Below, in pieces: positions 8,756-17,633 of a DNA stretch of 64,000 bases; the first letter of the stretch is position 1; each line of letters starts with the position of its first letter. Made by a program: the position numbers and the translations under genes. Source of the stretch: Planctomycetota bacterium. GTDB taxonomy: Bacteria > Planctomycetota > UBA1135 > GCA-002686595. The stretch covers positions 18,801 to 82,800 of the forward strand of contig NYYZ01000044.1 in NCBI GenBank assembly GCA_002686945.1, written 5' to 3'. Below the pieces are notes generated by a model that did no database searches, had not been told where the DNA came from, and was given only the letters and a program-made list of their open reading frames with translations.

Positions 8756-11071
8756 ATGCCTACGACCCAATCGGATTCAGGTCAGACCAAGGGCCAACTG
8801 GCCACGCCCAGGCTCGATCAGGCCCTGGATCGCCTGCGGATTGGCCTGCGTGGACTGCTCCTGCAGCATGGTCTGGGAACTGTATTGTTGGCCGCCGGGT
8901 CCTGGCTGGCATTCGCATACCTCGTCGACCGCAGCCTGCACCTGCCTGTGGCTCTACGTGTATTGGACGGAGTGCTGCTATTGGCACTGCCGCTCTTGGT
9001 CTTGCGCCGCGAAGTTCTCTTGCGCCTAAAGCAACTGCCCGATGGCGCCGGTCTGGCGGTGCTGCTGGAGCGAGATCTTGAAGGCTCCGAGGATCGCCTG
9101 GTGAGCGCACTCGGACTGCGCTCGATTCCCCCCAAGGACCCCGCTCGGCCCTTGGTGGAAGCTCTGGTGGTTGAAGCGGAAGAACTGGCCACGACCCTCG
9201 ACAGCAAGCATGTTCTTGATGCCAGCGGGCCGCGCAAACGGCTGGGCCTGGGCTTGCTCAGCGCGGCTCTGGCCAGTGCCTTGCTCCTGAGTGACCCCGC
9301 CCTGGGCGCGATCTTCGTACGTCGGGCCATGGGCCAGGACGTGGCCTGGCCCCGACAAACCAACCTCAGCGTACAGCTCTCTTTACCCTTGGGAGTCGAG
9401 GCCACGGAAACAGGTCCTGGCCATCTGCATGCACGCATCGCCCGTGGAAGTGATGTGACCTTGATGGTCAGCATCAAGGGTCAGATCCCCGACGAGATCG
9501 TGCTGCACTTTGGCGACGGCAGCCGCAGCGTAGTTCACACAGCCGGCGCCACCAGCGTACGCCCCAGCCTTCGCAATGTGCAGGCCTCTCAGGAGGTCTG
9601 GGTCATCGGTGGCGACGACGACCGGGGCCTGCCGCGCATCCAACTCGAAGTCCTGGAACCCCCTGACATCAGCGAGTTGGCCTTCATCGTGACGCCTCCG
9701 GGCTATACGGGCCTCCAGAAAACGGTGGTGCGTGGCACCGAGGTGCGCGCCCTGGTGGGCAGCCGTATCGATGTGTTGATTCGCCCTGACCCACCGGGGG
9801 CCACTGGCATCCTCAGGGTGCTGGGAGAGACTGGCACGATCGAGCTCGTACCGCGCCCGTGGAGCCTCCCCGGCGGCTCCCAAGAGGACACGGCCCTCGG
9901 TTGCAGCCTGGATGTGGATGTTGAGCGCTACTTCCAGGTGGAACTTGTAGACCAGCAGGGCTTGAGCAATCCCGACCCCGGGACCTATGCCCTGCAAGTG
10001 ATCGTTGACCGAGAGCCAGAGGTGATCCTGCTGGCCCCTGCGAGCAATGAGTGGTCCGTTGTAAAGGGCGGCGCAATCCCACTGCGTGTGCGCGCCGAGG
10101 ATGACTTTCGCATTGACCGCCTGAGTTTTGATGTGCGCGACTCCCAGGATCTGGAAACAGCTCTGCTCGAAGCAGAGCTGGCGTTTGAAGAAACCGCACT
10201 TCTGGATGGCGGTTTCATTGGCAACGGACATCTGGTTCTCGCGCACGAGTTGATTGAGCTCAATCAGATCGCCGGAGCTGACGTGGAACCCGGTTGGAAT
10301 GCGATCTTGCAAGTGGTCGCCCGGGACTCACACCCCTCCCCGGACCATCAGGCAATGAGTCCACCCGTACGCCTGCGCTGCGTCAGCGGCGATGAATTTC
10401 TGCGCAAGGTCAAGGATGGCCTCGCTCGGGCTGGAGAAGATGCCGGACGCCTGCTGCAGGAAACCCAGGACCTGCGCACGCGCGCATCCCAATTGAAGAG
10501 CGCCTTGGAAACCGGCGAGGTAGCCACGGATCGCGAACTGGGCAGCCTGCTGCACTCAACCCGTCGCCTGCAGGGAGACACCCGGAGCTTGGGGCGAGAT
10601 CTCTCGGGCCTGGCCGAGGGCCTGACCTACAACAGACTGGACGAGCGAGCAGGCCCTCTGCTGGACGCGCTGCACCGGGCCCTGGGAACCCAGGCAGCAC
10701 GCACCTTTGCCCCCGCTCCATGGCGCGAGGTGGCAGCCCAACTCAGCGCAGGTCGCCTGGGCACTCCGGAACTCGCGGGAGAGATGATCGCCCTGGTGGA
10801 CCTCGCCCTCTCGGTCAGCGAGGGCTCGGGCAAAGACGCATCCGAAGCACTGACGGGTGCCCGCACTGCCGACAGCGCGGCCAGCGCCGGCCCCCACCTG
10901 CTGAACGCCGTGGCTGCCCTGGACCTCTCCCTGGCAGCCCTCGATGCCCTGAGCACACGTTTGGGAGAATGGGACAACTTTCAGAGCGTGCTTACGTTGA
11001 CCAAAGATCTGCTCAACCGACAAAAGAACCTGACCGAGCGTACGAAGAACTTTGCCGAGGGAAACAAATGA
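8756..11071 (+). CDS. DUF4175-like membrane protein (N-terminal TM helices, beta-rich middle, C-terminal coiled coil)
   Basis: ATG 8756 lies 5 nt after the upstream stop. TM helices are present (LGTVLLAAGSWLAFAYLV, VLDGVLLLALPLLVL, LGLGLLSAALASALLL). Repeated Ig-like beta segments are followed by a helical tail. The family assignment is by architecture only. Confidence 0.55.
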   Translation: MPTTQSDSGQTKGQLATPRLDQALDRLRIGLRGLLLQHGLGTVLLAAGSWLAFAYLVDRSLHLPVALRVLDGVLLLALPLLVLRREVLLRLKQLPDGAGLAVLLERDLEGSEDRLVSALGLRSIPPKDPARPLVEALVVEAEELATTLDSKHVLDASGPRKRLGLGLLSAALASALLLSDPALGAIFVRRAMGQDVAWPRQTNLSVQLSLPLGVEATETGPGHLHARIARGSDVTLMVSIKGQIPDEIVLHFGDGSRSVVHTAGATSVRPSLRNVQASQEVWVIGGDDDRGLPRIQLEVLEPPDISELAFIVTPPGYTGLQKTVVRGTEVRALVGSRIDVLIRPDPPGATGILRVLGETGTIELVPRPWSLPGGSQEDTALGCSLDVDVERYFQVELVDQQGLSNPDPGTYALQVIVDREPEVILLAPASNEWSVVKGGAIPLRVRAEDDFRIDRLSFDVRDSQDLETALLEAELAFEETALLDGGFIGNGHLVLAHELIELNQIAGADVEPGWNAILQVVARDSHPSPDHQAMSPPVRLRCVSGDEFLRKVKDGLARAGEDAGRLLQETQDLRTRASQLKSALETGEVATDRELGSLLHSTRRLQGDTRSLGRDLSGLAEGLTYNRLDERAGPLLDALHRALGTQAARTFAPAPWREVAAQLSAGRLGTPELAGEMIALVDLALSVSEGSGKDASEALTGARTADSAASAGPHLLNAVAALDLSLAALDALSTRLGEWDNFQSVLTLTKDLLNRQKNLTERTKNFAEGNK

Positions 11072-13947
11072 GGAACCTGAGAATCCAGCTGCGGTCCATA
11101 CCACGCGCCCTGGCACAACTGACCCCGATTCTTGGTGCCCTCCTGCTGATCAGTCCAGGTCTTTCGAGATCGCTCCAAGAGGATACTCCCCAAGACGGTG
11201 GCATCTCCCGTGAGCAAGCGGCCCTGGCAGAAGAACAAGCTCTCATCCGCCGTCAACTGCGTCGCCTGCGGGAGACCATGAGCGCCCTGGCAGGTCGCTT
11301 GGAATCCGAAGGCCGGGTGCATGCGGCGGGCCTGCTGCGAGATGCCCTCGAAGATCTAGATCAACGATCCCAAGAAAGCAACGGACGCACCTTGGAGGAG
11401 TTGATCGATTCTTCTCGGGATGATCTCAGCGGTGGCCGCACCATGAGCGCCCTGGAACGGCAGCGTGCTGTAGAAGCGCGTTTGATGCGCCTGCTGGAAA
11501 TTCTGCTGGACCGACGCTCCCTCGATACTCTTGAAGAAGAACTGGCCCGCCTGAAGGAAATCAAGGAGGCTCTCCGGGAATTGAGTGGCCAGGAAGCAGG
11601 CCTGCAGGAAAAGACAGCAGCCCTGCGTCAGGCATCCAAGACCCGCGAACACCTGTCCTTGGAAGCAGCCCTTGAACGGATCAACCAGGAGCAGCGAGAT
11701 CTCTTGCATCGTTCGGAAGAACTTGCCCACTCATCGGGGACCTTTGACCTGGAGCAGCTACGCGCACGCCTGGCGGAGATGCTCGGCGATCAGGAACTGG
11801 CCGTGGGAGCACTGTCCACCTGGTCCCCCGCTGATGCCCAACGCCTGGAAGCCCTGCGCCCCGCTCTGGAAGCGGCCCGCTCCGCGGAAGAACAGGCCAT
11901 GAGCCTGCAGGAGAGCGCCGATTCATTGGCAGCCAGCGCCAAGGCCGATGATCTCGAAGCCAGCGCTGCTGCCTTGACAGAAGAATCCGCCCGCAAGGGA
12001 CGCCAGGCCCAAGCCTCCGGTGACGAGTTGTTGCAGGAGGCCGCCAAGGCCCTCGCGGAGACAGCTGAACAGATGCGCGCCGCCAACACCGAGGCGCAGA
12101 AGGCCGCTGCCAGGGCAGCAGCCCAGACCCAGGCACAACAGCTCGCCGGGGCCGCAACCGAAGCGCGCAACGCAGCCCGTAAGGCGCGCTCGGAATCTCT
12201 CCCCGCCGCAGAACAGATCGCTACCGAACAGACCACAACCGGAGCCGCCGCCAAGCGCATTGCTGAAGCCCTGCGCGAGGCGCAGAACTCCACCAGCCCC
12301 GAAACCAGCGCCGCGGAAACCGATCGCGCCGCTCGCGGAGTGGACGAAGGCCTGCATGCCCAATCGCGCATGGGCGATGCGATCAAGGCCAGCCAGGAAG
12401 AAGGCCAAGAACGCTCCGAGCGCCTAGCCAAGGACCTGGAACACACTGCCGCCAGCCCCACCCAACCTCAGATCAGCAGGGCCAGTGCCAGCCAAGCCGC
12501 CGAGGCCCTGCAACGCGGCGCGAAGGCGCAACAGCAGGCCGCCCAAGCTGCGGGCTCCCAGTCACAGGAGGCCGCCAAGCAAGCAGCCCAGCAGGCAGAA
12601 TCTGAACTGCGACAAGCCCTTGAGGCCCTCGATGAAGCCATAGCCCAGGCAGCAGAGAAAGACGGACGGCAGGACCAGCGCAAGGCACTCGCAGAAGAAC
12701 AGGCCTCACTGGAAGAGGACCTGGCCGAAGCAGCCAAGAACACGGACAGCGCAAGCCTAGGAAAGAGTGCACAAGAGGCAGTCCAAAGAGCAATCGAACA
12801 GGCCCGTAGCGCCATGAAGCAAGCAGCCAGCTCCCTGTCCAAACCTGGACAGGGCAAAGCGGCCGCGGAACAGCAACGCGAAGCCATAGATGCATTGAAC
12901 AAGGCCCAGAACAGCGCGGGAGAAGGCACCCAACCTTCAAGCCCGGAGGGCCAACAGACCGCCGCCGAGCTCGCGGCCGAACAGGAGCGACTGCGCCAGG
13001 AGATGCTCAACCTCGCCCGTCGCAACCAAGAGCGCAATGAAGCGGCCTCCAACGAAGCCCTCGACAGCGCCGCCGAGAACGCCCAGAAGGCAAGCCAATC
13101 CTTGAGTCAGGCGTCAGGTTCCCAGAGCCAGGGTTCCCCATCCGGAGGCCAGGAGGAACAGAACCAACCCGAAGAATCTGGTGGCCTGGAGCAGGCCGAA
13201 GAGCAAGAAGCGCGCACCCAGCAGGACCTGCAACAGGCCATGCGCGAACTTGAAGAGGAGGAGCAGCAGTACCAACGCCTGCGCCAGGAGGAGCTGCTCT
13301 TCCAGATCAAATCGGAAGTGGAAGCCATGCGGACCTCTCACTCAGAACAAATGAAGGCCACCCTCTCTGCGGACGAAGCCCGGGCCGGCTCACGCAATGT
13401 CTCCCGTCGCACGCGCATCACCCTGCGCTCGATTGCCCGAGAAGAAGACGCGGTGGGCGCACGAGCCAAGAAGGTAGCGGACGCCCTCGAAGAAGAAGGG
13501 GTACTGGTCTTCCACGAGATCATGCGAAACATCGAAAGCGATCTGACGCGCATCGTGCGAGACATGGGCGAGGGAGGCGGCTACCAATCGGGTGCTCCCT
13601 TACAGGCCTTGCAGAATGATGTGCTCCAATCTCTGGACTGGCTGGCAGGCGCCCTGAAAGACGAAATGGAGCGCCGCGAGCAGGAGCAGCAGGAGCAGGA
13701 ACAAAGCGAGGACGATCCTCCCCTGGTGCCAGATGCGGCCGAATTGCGTCTGCTGAAGAAGCTCGAGGAAGATGTTCTCGAGCGTCTCGCCCAGTTGCAG
13801 GTGTTGCACCCTGAGCTCGAAGACCCCGATGCGGAGCTCGATCCTCTGCTACTTGAAGAATTGACCCGCTTGGCCTACCAACACAGACGGGTTGGGGAAC
13901 TTTTTGAATACTTCAGGCGCCGTCTGGGAGTCCCGGACCCGGATTAG
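11068..13947 (+). CDS. Secreted giant coiled-coil, Ala/Gln/Glu-rich low-complexity protein (~960 aa)
   Basis: ATG 11068 overlaps the upstream stop (ATGA). A signal/anchor segment is present (LAQLTPILGALLLISPGLSRS). Heptad-like A/Q/E/R/L stretches run for hundreds of residues. The ORF-track start at 10720 lies inside the previous gene and was rejected. Confidence 0.7.
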   Translation: MRNLRIQLRSIPRALAQLTPILGALLLISPGLSRSLQEDTPQDGGISREQAALAEEQALIRRQLRRLRETMSALAGRLESEGRVHAAGLLRDALEDLDQRSQESNGRTLEELIDSSRDDLSGGRTMSALERQRAVEARLMRLLEILLDRRSLDTLEEELARLKEIKEALRELSGQEAGLQEKTAALRQASKTREHLSLEAALERINQEQRDLLHRSEELAHSSGTFDLEQLRARLAEMLGDQELAVGALSTWSPADAQRLEALRPALEAARSAEEQAMSLQESADSLAASAKADDLEASAAALTEESARKGRQAQASGDELLQEAAKALAETAEQMRAANTEAQKAAARAAAQTQAQQLAGAATEARNAARKARSESLPAAEQIATEQTTTGAAAKRIAEALREAQNSTSPETSAAETDRAARGVDEGLHAQSRMGDAIKASQEEGQERSERLAKDLEHTAASPTQPQISRASASQAAEALQRGAKAQQQAAQAAGSQSQEAAKQAAQQAESELRQALEALDEAIAQAAEKDGRQDQRKALAEEQASLEEDLAEAAKNTDSASLGKSAQEAVQRAIEQARSAMKQAASSLSKPGQGKAAAEQQREAIDALNKAQNSAGEGTQPSSPEGQQTAAELAAEQERLRQEMLNLARRNQERNEAASNEALDSAAENAQKASQSLSQASGSQSQGSPSGGQEEQNQPEESGGLEQAEEQEARTQQDLQQAMRELEEEEQQYQRLRQEELLFQIKSEVEAMRTSHSEQMKATLSADEARAGSRNVSRRTRITLRSIAREEDAVGARAKKVADALEEEGVLVFHEIMRNIESDLTRIVRDMGEGGGYQSGAPLQALQNDVLQSLDWLAGALKDEMERREQEQQEQEQSEDDPPLVPDAAELRLLKKLEEDVLERLAQLQVLHPELEDPDAELDPLLLEELTRLAYQHRRVGELFEYFRRRLGVPDPD

Positions 13948-14030
13948 GACACGAATAGCCGAGCGTGCTATGCTCAATATGCTTGGCCCGCCGATAAGAT
14001 GAGATAACAGACCAATTGGAGATCAAGACA

Positions 14031-14462
14031 ATGAAGCTCACTCAGTTACTCACGCACCGCACACTGCACTGCGTGATGGCCTGCATCGCAGTCAGCCTAC
14101 TGGTCCTCCCGGCCCAGGCCCAGGATGGCGATCAGGCTCCCAAAGTGGACGACAAGCCGGTGGTAATCAACCCCTTCGCCGAACAGTCAGAGTCCGATGC
14201 GGAGCGCATGATCCGCCTCTTCCAGGAGGTCGAGCAACGAATGAACCGCAGCACCCAGTTGCTCTTCGATGCCAGCAAGGGTGACGTGGGTGCGTTGGAT
14301 CAAGTCAAGGGTTCCAACCTGGAGGAACTTGGCCGAACTGCGAACGCCAACCCCCGCGCCGCTGTCTCAAGTCTGCTGACCGCCTCCCAAGAAGAAGGCG
14401 CCCAGATCATATCAGCCATCGATGAGATTCTGGAAATCGCCGCCAGAAACGGCGGCACATGA
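14031..14462 (+). CDS. Small secreted protein, last part of the envelope operon
   Basis: GGAG lies 9 nt upstream of ATG 14031. A signal peptide is present (MKLTQLLTHRTLHCVMACIAVSLLVLPAQAQ). I recognise no family. Confidence 0.6.
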   Translation: MKLTQLLTHRTLHCVMACIAVSLLVLPAQAQDGDQAPKVDDKPVVINPFAEQSESDAERMIRLFQEVEQRMNRSTQLLFDASKGDVGALDQVKGSNLEELGRTANANPRAAVSSLLTASQEEGAQIISAIDEILEIAARNGGT

Positions 14463-14471
14463 AGCGGTTCC

Positions 14472-14858
14472 ATGAGCGGTGAGGGCAGTTCGTCCTCCGA
14501 AACCCCCGGCAGCACCCAGGCCCAATCCCAAGAGGAAAGCGGCCAGAAGAAAGATGGTGCGGAAGAACCCCGGGAAGGTGAAGAACAGAGCAATCCTTCT
14601 GAACAACAGTCCGACCAGGGCCAGCCCAAGGGCAACCAGCCCGACCAACCCGGCGGCCGCAAGGATCGCGGCAAAGTTGCAGCAGAAGGCGAAAAAGAAG
14701 CAGCCCGCCGTCCTGGCAACGACGTGGAAATCTGGGGCAACTTGCCGATCCACCTGCGCGACATCTTCCGCGCCGAAGGACAGGGAGACATGCCCGCCCG
14801 TTACCGCGACTGGATCGATTCCTACTACCGCCGGCTGAACGAGCGCGGCGAGCACTAG
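14472..14858 (+). CDS. Small acidic/low-complexity protein with a conserved-looking C-terminal motif (WGNLPIHLRD...PARYRDWIDSYYRRL)
   Basis: ATG 14472 lies 9 nt after the previous stop. The N-terminal half is S/E/Q/G-rich and disordered. The C-terminal tail is Arg/Tyr-rich and ordered. Confidence 0.5.
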   Translation: MSGEGSSSSETPGSTQAQSQEESGQKKDGAEEPREGEEQSNPSEQQSDQGQPKGNQPDQPGGRKDRGKVAAEGEKEAARRPGNDVEIWGNLPIHLRDIFRAEGQGDMPARYRDWIDSYYRRLNERGEH

Positions 14859-14932
14859 GGCCTGGATTGGATGCCGGGCGACCTGAACGGCCCCAGCGGA
14901 CAATTACCCAAGCCTGCCACTTGGACCCTTTT

Positions 14933-15439
14933 GTGCAGATTCGCCTGGAGAAAGAACGGGACCAGCGCGCTGTGCATGCAGTCAACTCTTCGGCCTTTGA
15001 AACGCGAGCCGAAGCAGACCTGGTCGATGTCCTACGGGAGCAGGCTAGACCACACATCTCGCTCATTGCCGAGGACAAGGGAATTATCATTGGTCACATC
15101 ATGTTCTCGCCCGTTTCGCTCAGGGGCCATCCGAAGATCAGGGCCCTGGGCCTCGCCCCAATGGCGGTGACACCCAGGCGCCAACGCCAGGGAATCGGCA
15201 CAGCCCTCGTTCAGGCCGGTTTGGAACACTGTAAACGAGGGAATTTCGCGTTTGCAGTGGTCCTCGGCCACCCACGTTTCTATCCACGCTTTGGCTTCCG
15301 CCCAGCGCGTGAGCTTGGCATCGACAGCGAATACGACGTCCCTCCTGAGGTTTTCATGGCCCTTGAGTTGGAGCCGGGAGCCCTCGAGGAGAAATCTGGG
15401 AGAGTGCGCTACCATGCAGCCTTCAACAATCTGTCCTAG
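14933..15439 (+). CDS. GNAT family N-acetyltransferase (YhbS-like)
   Basis: IRLEKERDQRAVHAVNSSAF, a CoA-binding-type RRQRQGIGTALV motif, and VLGHPRFYPRFGFRPA are present. GTG 14933 was chosen because the upstream M of the ORF track adds a non-GNAT extension. The start is uncertain. Confidence 0.8.
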   Translation: MQIRLEKERDQRAVHAVNSSAFETRAEADLVDVLREQARPHISLIAEDKGIIIGHIMFSPVSLRGHPKIRALGLAPMAVTPRRQRQGIGTALVQAGLEHCKRGNFAFAVVLGHPRFYPRFGFRPARELGIDSEYDVPPEVFMALELEPGALEEKSGRVRYHAAFNNLS

Positions 15440-15443
15440 TCCC

Positions 15444-16682
15444 ATGTGCATCATGAACACAGCTAGTCCTGGTGAGTTCCTCGCCCGCTGCACGCGCGGC
15501 CTCGGATTACTGCTGCTGTTGCCCTGCCTGGGTTGGAGTCAGCCCATGGAGAAGACTCTGGAAGAGCGAGGTGTCCCCTCCCTCCCCCGGACTTGGGAAG
15601 TGAACCTCCTCGCGCACCACTCCCAAGACCCGCCAGCGAAAGGAGAACAAAAAGCTCTTTCTGAAATCCGCGCATCGATCACGCGGGGTCTGGACTTTCT
15701 TGCAGCGAGACAGGCTCTGGTGCGCGATGGCTCCCTGCCAGTACCCCACGGAGAACAAGAGTCCCCCATCGGAGTCACGGCCCTCGGCGCCCTGGCCTAC
15801 ATGGCTGGCGGATCGACACCCACAAGAGGTCCCCACTCAGCGGAGTTGGTGCGCGCTCTTGAGTACCTTCTGACCCACCAGGCTCCGATCACGGAAGCCA
15901 ATCCTGGCTGGATAAGCGCAGCCGAAGACCGTCAGTCAAGAGCCCATGGCCACGGACTGGCGACCCTGGCCCTTTCCCAGGCACACTCCCTGTCTCCGCG
16001 CAGTCCGCTTGGCAAGCGAATCGACCAAGCCCTCTCCGCAGCCGTGCGCCACATCGAGGTCATGCAGGGTCCGGACGGAGGCTGGTACTACGGTCCCGGC
16101 CGCACGGCAGAACAGGAGGGTTCGGTGACGGTGTGTCTGGTGCAGGCCCTGCGGGGAGCGCGCAATGCGGGACTGCGCATCAAACCCAAGGTGGTCGGCC
16201 ACGCGATCGAGTACGTCAAGAGTCTGCAGGATGAGACCGGCGGCTTTCGCTACTCCAAGACCCATCCACAAACCTCGGTGGCATTGACCGCTGCTTGCCT
16301 CGCAACCCTGCATGCCACAGGCGTTTATGAAGGGCAGGCCATCGACCGGGGCTACGATTCGATCTGGCGTGAACTGGAAGCGCGCAAACTGGTGGACCCC
16401 ACCCAAGCAACCCGCAAGAGCCCGGCCTTTCCCTATTATGAGAGGCTCTATCTGGCCCAAGCCCTTTGGCAGCACCCCGACCCAAAGCACTTCAGACGGT
16501 GGGCCAGGTCCGAGGTTCGCAAGGTCCTCGCTGACCAACGCTCGGACGGAGGATGGCAAGATGTACGCGAAGATGGGCGCGGAGAGACGGTCACTGGCCG
16601 TTATGGAATTACCTACGCCACCGCTGTGAACTGCCTTTTTCTGTCGGTGCCCGAAGGAATGCTGCCGATCTTTCGGCGTTGA
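15444..16682 (+). CDS. Secreted prenyltransferase/squalene-oxidase-repeat (alpha/alpha-toroid) protein, copy 2 (paralog of 7624-8751)
   Basis: This is the first ATG after the GNAT stop; ATG 15453 is equally possible. A signal peptide is present (...RGLGLLLLLPCLGWSQP). The protein is collinear with copy 1 (GLDFLAARQ vs GLAWLAARQ; MQGPDGGWYY vs SQNGQGGWRY; VQALRGARNAGLRI vs CQVLALRAARNIGIRV). The C-terminal end is PEGMLPIFRR. Confidence 0.75.
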   Translation: MCIMNTASPGEFLARCTRGLGLLLLLPCLGWSQPMEKTLEERGVPSLPRTWEVNLLAHHSQDPPAKGEQKALSEIRASITRGLDFLAARQALVRDGSLPVPHGEQESPIGVTALGALAYMAGGSTPTRGPHSAELVRALEYLLTHQAPITEANPGWISAAEDRQSRAHGHGLATLALSQAHSLSPRSPLGKRIDQALSAAVRHIEVMQGPDGGWYYGPGRTAEQEGSVTVCLVQALRGARNAGLRIKPKVVGHAIEYVKSLQDETGGFRYSKTHPQTSVALTAACLATLHATGVYEGQAIDRGYDSIWRELEARKLVDPTQATRKSPAFPYYERLYLAQALWQHPDPKHFRRWARSEVRKVLADQRSDGGWQDVREDGRGETVTGRYGITYATAVNCLFLSVPEGMLPIFRR

Positions 16683-16700
16683 ACCAGACCGATATTGGAC

Positions 16701-17522
16701 TCAAGCGTCGAGTGCCGCACGCAACTCCACGTTGGCTTCGAAAATCGCAGACAAGAGCGCTCGCTTGTTCTCATCGGGAGGCTCCGGAGTCGGCAGGACC
16801 TGCATCCCTCGCGGCAAGGTGGAAGGCTGCAATTCCGAAGAGGGTCTCTCCAGGGCCAGTTCCAGTTCCTCACGGGTCACTTCCAAGGTGCGCGAGAGCT
16901 TGCGCACCCGCTGCTCAAGTCGATCGACAATGCGTCGGTTCTCGTCCAGCAACGCCTGCTGACCCCGCCGGCGTTCCCGCTGCAGAGCCGCGACTCCCAC
17001 GCGGACGACTTCAGCCTCCAAAGGCGATAGCCTCTCCGGGTTACCGCCCCAGGCCTTGAAGAGACGGGTCAAGCGAATCTGCAAATCCTGGTCACCGGGG
17101 CCTTCCTGGCCCACTTCACTGGTCAGGCGCTCTTGTTCTTCCACCAGCACTCGGCGGCGCTGGCGTAGATCCTGCTTGAGCCGTTCGAGAGCGGGGCCCG
17201 CAGCATCATCCATGGACCCGCTTGTGAGCTTGCCGATGTCATCATCACCCTGTGCAACAGAACTGCCCACGCCTTGCTCCTGCACCAACTCCACAAAGGC
17301 ATTCCGTGCGGAACGGGAGAAAGCGTCCCCCAAATCAGAGGGATCCCCCAGGGTGCGTTCCAACAAGGCTCGGTTGACCGCCTTTTCAATCAGGCCGGCC
17401 ACGCGGCTCATGCTCACCGTGCGCAGATTCTCCACGCCGCGCTCCCTGAGTTCGTCAAGAGTCGTATTGCGCGACCAGCGGCGAACGACCTCAGTTACCT
17501 CATTGCTGGGGGAAAGCTCCAT
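16701..17522 (-). CDS. Hypothetical cytoplasmic coiled-coil protein
   Basis: This is a clean ATG-initiated ORF and the only minus-strand gene in a long plus-strand block. It has Arg/Glu/Leu-rich helical segments, no signal peptide, and no family I recognise. Confidence 0.5.
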   Translation of the reverse strand: MELSPSNEVTEVVRRWSRNTTLDELRERGVENLRTVSMSRVAGLIEKAVNRALLERTLGDPSDLGDAFSRSARNAFVELVQEQGVGSSVAQGDDDIGKLTSGSMDDAAGPALERLKQDLRQRRRVLVEEQERLTSEVGQEGPGDQDLQIRLTRLFKAWGGNPERLSPLEAEVVRVGVAALQRERRRGQQALLDENRRIVDRLEQRVRKLSRTLEVTREELELALERPSSELQPSTLPRGMQVLPTPEPPDENKRALLSAIFEANVELRAALDA

Positions 17523-17553
17523 CTACCCTCAACGCTAGAAAACCAAAGAGGTC

Positions 17554-17574
17554 GATTCACGCTTCTCGTGAATC
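17554..17574. promoter_or_regulatory. Perfect 8-bp inverted repeat (candidate operator) in a divergent promoter region
   Basis: GATTCACG-cttct-CGTGAATC lies between the ATG of the minus-strand coiled-coil gene (17522) and the start of the NHL gene (17634). Confidence 0.35.
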
Positions 17575-17633
17575 TTCTTGGTGGACGGCCCTGGACCCTT
17601 GTGGGGCCCCTCTCCAAAGGCACAATAGAATCC

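Noticed and set aside
10720-11067. Upstream start of the coiled-coil ORF (ORF track 10720), and the similar upstream extensions 517-591, 2996-3034, 7588-7623, 15252-15443, 17274-17633, 39828-39944, 46914-47096, 51136-51342 and 58070-58129.
   Set aside because: These extensions overlap the preceding gene or a divergent gene and are compositionally odd. The chosen internal starts give proper signal peptides or canonical N-termini and typical ATGA/GTGA coupling.
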